A stretch of DNA of 41,565 nt from a bacterium (GTDB lineage Bacteria; Desulfobacterota; DSWW01). Both the position numbers and the translations under genes were made by a program. Below, piece by piece: positions 36,034 to 41,565 of the stretch (positions within the stretch are counted from its first letter, which is position 1; every line of letters starts with the position of its first letter). The notes under the pieces are model-generated. The model worked only from the letters and a program-made list of their open reading frames with translations. It ran no database searches and was not told the DNA's origin. Location: contig JBFLZG010000014.1 of the NCBI GenBank assembly GCA_040756235.1, positions 1 to 41,565 of the forward strand, in the 5' to 3' direction.

Positions 36034-37442
36034 CGACTGACACGATGGGGCGGGCGGGCGGTCCAGCGGAGGATGGCGCGCAGAGCATGGACGGCGTCCT
36101 GGATGTTCGCGTACAGGGGCAGGCCCGCGTCCCGGAACGCCGACAGCGCCCTGAGCCGCATCTGCTCGATGCGCGGGTCGTCCTCCATCCATCGGCTGAT
36201 CACCACGACGACCGGCCTGGCCCGTGATGCGCCCTCCGCGGCCATGGCCCGGAACCCGGCCTCCAGGGCTTCCTCCCGGAACATCTGCAGGAAGTCCAGG
36301 CAGAGGTAGATCACGATCACGTCGATGTTCGGGTCCAGGTCGAGGGCCCGCATGCCGAGGCTCATGATGCGGTGATCGAAGCCGAAGGCGCCGAGGTCCA
36401 CCGGATTGCGGGTGCTCGTGTTGACCTGAGGAATCCTGGCGGCGATCTTCTCCTGCGTCTCCGCCGCCAGCTCAGGGATCGCGAGCCCCGCCTTGACGGC
36501 GCAATCGGTGAAGAGCACCGAGGTCCCGCCGCCGGCCGCCAGGAAGCCGAGCCGATTGCCGCGCGGGAGCTTCTCGGAAGTGGCCAGAAGCAGGGCGTCC
36601 ACCAGCTGCTCCTGGGTCTCCACCTCGATGCAGCGGTGCTGGCGCATGAGCCCCGACCAGACCGGCTGGCTGCCGGCCAGGGCTCCCGTGTGGCTGGCCG
36701 CGGCCGCCGCCCCTTCCTCCGTGGCGCCGCCCTTGAGCACGATGACCGGCTTGGCGGGCGTGACGCGGCCGAGGGCCCGCAGGAAGGCCCTGCCGTCCTT
36801 GATGTCCTCGATGTAGGCGCCGATCGCCCGGATGCCGTCGTCGTCGGCGAAGTACTCCAGGAAGTCCTCGACCCTCAGGTCGATCTGGTTGCCGTAGGAG
36901 ACCGCCTTGTTCAGCCCTACCCGGCGGGCCCTGGCCAGGCGGGTGCAGTTGTTCGCCACCCCTCCCGACTGGGACAGCAGGGCAAAGGGGCCCGGCTGCT
37001 CGTCGAGAATGGTGGGGTCGAAGCTCACCCGTGAGGCCGTGCAGTGAACGCCCAGGCAGTTCGGGCCCACGATCCGGGTCGGCCCCTGGCGGGCGGCCCG
37101 GATCAGATCCTGCTCGAGCTGCCGGTCTCCCTGTTCGGAGAACCCCGAGGTGAAGAAGTGGATGAACGGGATCTGCCTTCGGGCCGCGACCTCGACGGTC
37201 CCCAGGGCATGGCGGGCCGGTATGGTGCAGATCGCCAGATCCACGGTCTCGGGGACCGCCTCGAGGGAGGGATAGACCTTCTCTCCGAGGAGCTCCTTGT
37301 GCGCCGGATTGACCGCATAGAGCGGTCCCTTGAACCCGGCCATGCGCAGGATCTGATAGAAAGGGAGCTTTCCTTCTCCCAGGCTCAGAGAAGCGCCCAC
37401 GACCGCGATGCTTCGCGGATGGAAGAGTCGATCGAGAGCCAT
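36030..37442 (-). CDS. Acyl-CoA synthetase (NDP-forming) alpha subunit / CoA-binding protein
   Basis: PRSIAVVGAS, GPNCLG, SQSGG, SYGNQID, ASHTGAL phospho-His and NPVDL. No ATP-grasp domain. Confidence 0.88.
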   Translation of the reverse strand: MALDRLFHPRSIAVVGASLSLGEGKLPFYQILRMAGFKGPLYAVNPAHKELLGEKVYPSLEAVPETVDLAICTIPARHALGTVEVAARRQIPFIHFFTSGFSEQGDRQLEQDLIRAARQGPTRIVGPNCLGVHCTASRVSFDPTILDEQPGPFALLSQSGGVANNCTRLARARRVGLNKAVSYGNQIDLRVEDFLEYFADDDGIRAIGAYIEDIKDGRAFLRALGRVTPAKPVIVLKGGATEEGAAAAASHTGALAGSQPVWSGLMRQHRCIEVETQEQLVDALLLATSEKLPRGNRLGFLAAGGGTSVLFTDCAVKAGLAIPELAAETQEKIAARIPQVNTSTRNPVDLGAFGFDHRIMSLGMRALDLDPNIDVIVIYLCLDFLQMFREEALEAGFRAMAAEGASRARPVVVVISRWMEDDPRIEQMRLRALSAFRDAGLPLYANIQDAVHALRAILRWTARPPHRVSR

Positions 37443-37487
37443 GCTGCCTCCACGATACGCCAGCGCTGAATCTGATGGAGCAAATCT

Positions 37488-37693
37488 TCCGGGGGTCGAA
37501 GGATGGCCAGATGCAAGGCGCGCGCGAATGGGGACCCATACGAAGGATGGGGTGTCCGACCCCTGGGAGGACAAATCCGAGGAGTGAGACGCAGTCGGAG
37601 TCACAGTGGACCCCGGCCCGTGCCGGGGCAGGCTCCCCCAACCTCCCTGCCCGTGAGCGCAACGCCGCAGATGGCCGTCATGCGGCCCCCGGA
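37488..37693 (+). repeat. Family A variant with a different closing stem and expanded interior
   Basis: TCCGGGGGTCG...GGCCAGATGCAAGGCGCGC...GAGCGCAACGCCGCAGATGGCC...CGGCCCCCGGA. Confidence 0.7.
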
Positions 37694-38464
37694 CTATGCC
37701 AGAATCCCTCCGTCCACGGCCAGCACCTGGCCGCTGACGTACCTGGAGGCCGGCGACGCCAGGAACACCGCCACTCCCTTGATGTCGTCCTTTTCACCCA
37801 GCCTCTTCATGGGGATCGCGTCGATCGTCCGCTGCGAGCGGCGTTCGGTGGGATCCGCGGAGGTGCGCGGGCCGAACCAGCCCGGGGCGATCGCGTTGAC
37901 CTGGATGCCGTGGCGGCTCCACTTCCTGGCGAGATCCCGGGTAAGCGCGATCACCGCCCCCTTGCTGGCGCTGTGCGGGACGGAATCGGAAAGCTCCGGG
38001 TCCACGGAAGCCAGGCCGGCGGCCGAGGCGATGTTGATGATCCTGCCTGCGCCCTGGAGGATCATCTGCCTTCCTGCCGCCTGGCAGCAGAGAAAGACGC
38101 CGGTGGCGTTGGCGGAAAAGGTGCGGTTCCATTTTTCCAGCGAGACCTTTTCGAAAGGCTCTTCCCAGATGTAACCGGCGCTGTTGACGAGGATGTCGAG
38201 GCGGCCGAAGCGGGAGAGGGTTCGCTCCACCAGGACCCTCACGTCGTTCGGGCTCGACACGTCGCAGCGCACGGCCAGGGCCTGCACCCCGGTCTCGGCG
38301 ATCGCCAGGGCCGCGCGTTCGCAGGCGTCCAGGTTCCTCGCGCACAAGACCACGTGGGCGCCGGCCTCGGCCAGCCCCTCGGCCATCATGAGACCGAGCC
38401 CGCGATATCCGCCGGTCACGACGGCGATCTTTTCGTCCAACCTGAACAGATCCATGACGGCCAT
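37694..38464 (-). CDS. Short-chain dehydrogenase/reductase (gluconate 5-dehydrogenase-like)
   Basis: TGGYRGLG, LVNSAG, VNAIAPG and VDGG. The YxxxK position reads HSASK. Confidence 0.88.
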   Translation of the reverse strand: MAVMDLFRLDEKIAVVTGGYRGLGLMMAEGLAEAGAHVVLCARNLDACERAALAIAETGVQALAVRCDVSSPNDVRVLVERTLSRFGRLDILVNSAGYIWEEPFEKVSLEKWNRTFSANATGVFLCCQAAGRQMILQGAGRIINIASAAGLASVDPELSDSVPHSASKGAVIALTRDLARKWSRHGIQVNAIAPGWFGPRTSADPTERRSQRTIDAIPMKRLGEKDDIKGVAVFLASPASRYVSGQVLAVDGGILA

Positions 38465-38596
38465 GGCTGAGGTCCCCTGGATGGATGTGGTGTGGCACTC
38501 GGCACCAGAGGCCGGCGCATGGGGGGAATATTAGGGAGAGCACCGGGGCGAGTCAACGTCCTCTGCCCCGCTGGCGCCCGGCTGGCTCGAAGCGTC

Positions 38597-39973
38597 TCAA
38601 TCGGCTCCTGTTCTTCGCATTTTCAGACGTGCCTCGTACCGAACGGTCTCTTCCAGGATCTTCCCGGAAAGGCCCAGCAGACCGATCAGGTTCGGAATGG
38701 CCATGAGCGCGTTCATCGCATCGGCCAGCAGCCAGACCAGGTCCAACTTCACCACGGCGCCGACGGCCACGAAGATGCAGTAGGCGACCCGGTACGGAAA
38801 CACCGCCCCTTCGCCCAAGAGAAACTCGATGGACTTCTCTCCGTAATAGCACCAGCCGAGCACGGTGGAATAGGCGAACAGGGCGAGGCTCAAGGCCACC
38901 GTGATCCCGCCCGCGCCGCCGGGCAGGACCCGGTCGAAGGCGGTGGTGGTGAGCTGGGCCCCGGTTTGCCCGGACTCCCAGACACCGGTTGTCAGGATCA
39001 CGAGGCCGGTCATCGAGCAGACCACGATCGTGTCGATGAAGGTCTGGGTCATCGAGACGAGCGCCTGGGTCGCAGGATCCCGGGTTCGGGCGGCCGCTGC
39101 CGCGATCGGAGAAGAGCCCAGCCCGGATTCGTTGGAGAAGACTCCCCGGGCGACCCCCCAGCGGATGGACATCTGGACCGTGGCGCCGGCAAAGCCTCCG
39201 GCCGCGGCAGTCGGCGTGAACGCGTGCTGGAAGATCAGGCGGAAAGCCTCGGCCAGCATGCCGCGGGTCACGAACAGGACTGCGATCGCGGCCGACACGT
39301 AAAAGAGGATCATGAACGGCACGAGGAACGAAGTGACGCGGGCGATGGAGCGGATGCCGCCGAGCACGACCGCAGCCGTGAGCAGGGCCAGAAACACGCC
39401 GGTCCACGCATGGGGGACGTGGAAGACTGCGTCCAGGGAGTCGGCCACGGAGTTGGACTGGACCATGTTGCCGATGCCGAAGGCCGCAACGCTGGCGAAG
39501 AAGGCGAAAAGGATGCCCAACACCCTGGATCTCATCCCCTCTGACAGATAGTACATCGGGCCCCCGCACATGAAGCCCTTGTGGTCCTTCCGGCGGTACC
39601 GGACGGCCAGCACCGCCTCGGCGTACTTGGTGGCCATGCCGAACAGCCCGGTCATCCACATCCAGAACAGGGCGCCGGGGCCGCCCGCGGCCAGGGCGGT
39701 CGCCACGCCCGCGATGTTGCCCGTTCCGACCGTTGCCGACAAGGCGGTCATGAGGGCCTGGAAATGGGTGATGTCTCCTTCTTCCGAGGCGCCCTCTTTG
39801 CGTTGGACGAGGCCCAGGTACAGCGCGTGCGGCAGGAGGCGGAATTGAACCCCCCGGAGCCGCAGCGTCAGGTAGATGCCGGTGCCCACGAGCAGGACGA
39901 GCATGGCCGGGCCCCAGAGGACCCCATTGGCCGCTTGGAGGAGTGAGAGGATCTGCTCTTGCATTTCTTGCAT
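38597..39973 (-). CDS. Sodium:alanine/glycine symporter (AGCS/AlsT family)
   Basis: [39 protein letters not shown] and ALMAIPNL. Confidence 0.93.
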   Translation of the reverse strand: MQEMQEQILSLLQAANGVLWGPAMLVLLVGTGIYLTLRLRGVQFRLLPHALYLGLVQRKEGASEEGDITHFQALMTALSATVGTGNIAGVATALAAGGPGALFWMWMTGLFGMATKYAEAVLAVRYRRKDHKGFMCGGPMYYLSEGMRSRVLGILFAFFASVAAFGIGNMVQSNSVADSLDAVFHVPHAWTGVFLALLTAAVVLGGIRSIARVTSFLVPFMILFYVSAAIAVLFVTRGMLAEAFRLIFQHAFTPTAAAGGFAGATVQMSIRWGVARGVFSNESGLGSSPIAAAAARTRDPATQALVSMTQTFIDTIVVCSMTGLVILTTGVWESGQTGAQLTTTAFDRVLPGGAGGITVALSLALFAYSTVLGWCYYGEKSIEFLLGEGAVFPYRVAYCIFVAVGAVVKLDLVWLLADAMNALMAIPNLIGLLGLSGKILEETVRYEARLKMRRTGAD

Positions 39974-40015
39974 GCGCAGCTCCGTCCGGCGCGAGAGTGA
40001 GGAGAAGGTGCGAGG

Positions 40016-40044
40016 AAGCTAGCACTCGAAGGCGGGATTTGCAA
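40016..40044 (-). promoter_or_regulatory. Putative sigma70 promoter of the symporter
   Basis: Minus strand TTGCAA-N17-TAGCTT with extended TGn. Confidence 0.5.
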
Positions 40045-40154
40045 AGGGTCTGTGGCGGCAGGAAAGGATCTGTGCTTGATCCCGCACCGGCGAGCGGCTA
40101 CCCTTGGACGGAGCGGAGCCTGCGCACGGATCGAAAGCGAGAGGGAGGAGCGAT

Positions 40155-41171
40155 ATGAACGCAAAGCGACCGAGGCTGTTCCCCAGGGGGGCGGTTCTCC
40201 TGTGCCTGTTGGCCTGCCTGGCGGCTTCCGGCGGATGCGTCTACGTATCCGGCAGGGGGCTGTTCGAGAGCCGGACACGCCCGCTGGAAGAATCCGTGCT
40301 CTACGGAAGGGGCAAGGACAAGATCCTTCTGGTGGACGTGAACGGCCTGATCTCGGACCAGAAGAGACAGGGCGTCTTCAGCCTGAAGACCGAGCCGAGC
40401 CTCGTCGCATCCGTGAAAGAGCAGTTGGACGAGGCCTCGCGCGACGACAGGATCAAGGGGCTGGTGCTCAAGATCGACAGCCCGGGCGGTACCGTCACGG
40501 CCAGCGACGTCCTCTATCACGAGATCCGCAAGTTCCGGGAGAAGCGGAAGGTCAAGGTCGTGGCTCTGTTCATGGACACGGCCGCCTCCGGCGCCTACTA
40601 CGCCGCGATGGCTGCGGACCGGGTCATCGCGCTGCCGACCTCGGTTACGGGCAGCATCGGCGTGGTCCTGCTCAACGTCAACCTGTACGGGCTCATGGAG
40701 AAGATCGGCGTCAGCAATCAGACCATCAAGTCCGGCCCCTACAAAGACCTGGGCTCCCCGTTGAGACCTCCGGAGCCGGGGGAGCGGCAGATCCTTCAGG
40801 CGGTCGTGGACGACCTCTACCACCGGTTCCGCCTCGTCGTTGAGCAGAACCGCAAGGGGCTGGATCTGACCCGCCACCCCGAGCTGGCCGACGGCAGGGT
40901 CTTCACGGCGGACCAGGCCCTGGAGGCGGGCCTGGTGGACCAGATCGGATATTTTCCCGATGCCGTCGACTGGATCCGGCAGGAGATGGGGATCGCCGAA
41001 GCGCAGGTCGTCGTTTACAAGAGGGAGGGCGCGCACCGCCCCAACATCTATGCTCAGGGGGAGCTGGGCCTGGCTTCCGGGACGGAGATCAACCTCATCA
41101 AGCTCGACTTGGAGGGGCAGCTCTTCGGGGGCGGGCCGGTCTTCATGTATCTTTGGCAGCCGGGCCTGTGA
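40155..41171 (+). CDS. sppA: Signal peptide peptidase SppA (S49), probable lipoprotein
   Basis: IDSPGG, AASGAYY, TGSIGV, KSGPYKD and DGRVFT. Signal peptide ends in SGGC. Confidence 0.92.
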   Translation: MNAKRPRLFPRGAVLLCLLACLAASGGCVYVSGRGLFESRTRPLEESVLYGRGKDKILLVDVNGLISDQKRQGVFSLKTEPSLVASVKEQLDEASRDDRIKGLVLKIDSPGGTVTASDVLYHEIRKFREKRKVKVVALFMDTAASGAYYAAMAADRVIALPTSVTGSIGVVLLNVNLYGLMEKIGVSNQTIKSGPYKDLGSPLRPPEPGERQILQAVVDDLYHRFRLVVEQNRKGLDLTRHPELADGRVFTADQALEAGLVDQIGYFPDAVDWIRQEMGIAEAQVVVYKREGAHRPNIYAQGELGLASGTEINLIKLDLEGQLFGGGPVFMYLWQPGL

Positions 41172-41185
41172 TACGCGAGACCGTC

Positions 41186-41210
41186 ACCTGAAACCTGATA
41201 CCTGACACCT
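41186..41210 (+). repeat. Heptamer tandem repeat (CCTGANA)x3
   Basis: ACCTGAAACCTGATACCTGACACCT, twin of 1286-1310. Confidence 0.7.
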
Positions 41211-41277
41211 GTCTGCCTCTTTGATTGTGCCTGCGATTTCTGGTTCAATAGCAGGGCCTGCCAAGGAGCCATGATCG

Positions 41278-41538
41278 TTGAAACCGGGCAAACCTGCGGA
41301 TCAGAGACCTGTCGAGGTCCAGTGCTATTCCGGCTACAAGGCCGACGAGAGGCCCGTGTCTTTCCGGATCGGGGACGAGAAGAGGGTCGTGGAGAACATC
41401 GTCGACCAATGGCACGGGGAGGACCACGCCTACTTCAAGGTGCTCGCCGACGACAGCCTGGTGTACCTGCTCCGGCACGACCGGGACCGGGACTCCTGGA
41501 CCGTGGTGGACGTGAAGGAGCGCGTCGGCCGGCACTGA
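41278..41538 (+). CDS. Small conserved hypothetical protein
   Basis: YSGYKADERP...DQWHG...YFKV...YLLRHD...W pattern, GC3-rich codons, AAGGAG upstream of a TTG start. Confidence 0.7.
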   Translation: MKPGKPADQRPVEVQCYSGYKADERPVSFRIGDEKRVVENIVDQWHGEDHAYFKVLADDSLVYLLRHDRDRDSWTVVDVKERVGRH

Positions 41539-41565
41539 GCCCTTGTTGGCCGGGAAGTCGGGGCG

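Noticed and set aside
39974..40150. Glycine riboswitch expected upstream of an alanine/glycine symporter
   Set aside because: No consensus is seen and the predicted promoter leaves only a ~35-nt leader.
193..41036. Many long antisense or alternate-frame ORFs (e.g. 193-1278, 8891-10999, 23552-25060, 28484-29995, 40098-41036)
   Set aside because: They overlap well-supported genes and lack family motifs. They are expected shadows of high-GC codon usage.
1..41565. CRISPR array, tRNA or rRNA
   Set aside because: The repeats are dispersed palindromes, not regularly spaced direct repeats, and no tRNA or rRNA signatures were seen.

Overview
High-GC window, probably from an anaerobic Desulfobacterota/deltaproteobacterium-like genome (inferred from gene content). 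From left to right: an atypical epimerase-type SDR, a DAG-kinase-family lipid kinase, an RPH/YvkC-like PEP-utilizer phosphotransferase and a lipocalin/AttH-like protein; a complete hdrCBA-flxDCBA operon; an MNT-HEPN toxin-antitoxin pair; a decaying sulfur-handling operon (cytochrome b fragment, frameshifted YeeE, YeeE, rhodanese-fold protein ending in GGCS); an aldehyde dehydrogenase, epoxide-hydrolase-like enzyme, methyltransferase and TPP 2-oxoacid decarboxylase; a defence operon radC / fused nuclease-N6 methylase / frameshifted HsdS / brnT-brnA; then an antiporter, CBS protein, substrate-binding protein plus histidine kinase, acyl-CoA synthetase alpha subunit, SDR, alanine/glycine symporter, SppA and a small hypothetical. 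The intergenic DNA holds at least six families of small repeats. One is a 209-bp MITE-like element inserted into the loop of a REP-like hairpin with 4-bp target duplications. Another is a ~125-bp structured element with a conserved core but variable closing stems. No rRNA, tRNA, CRISPR array, integrase or transposase was recognised. All family assignments come from motif recognition by eye, not database searches.
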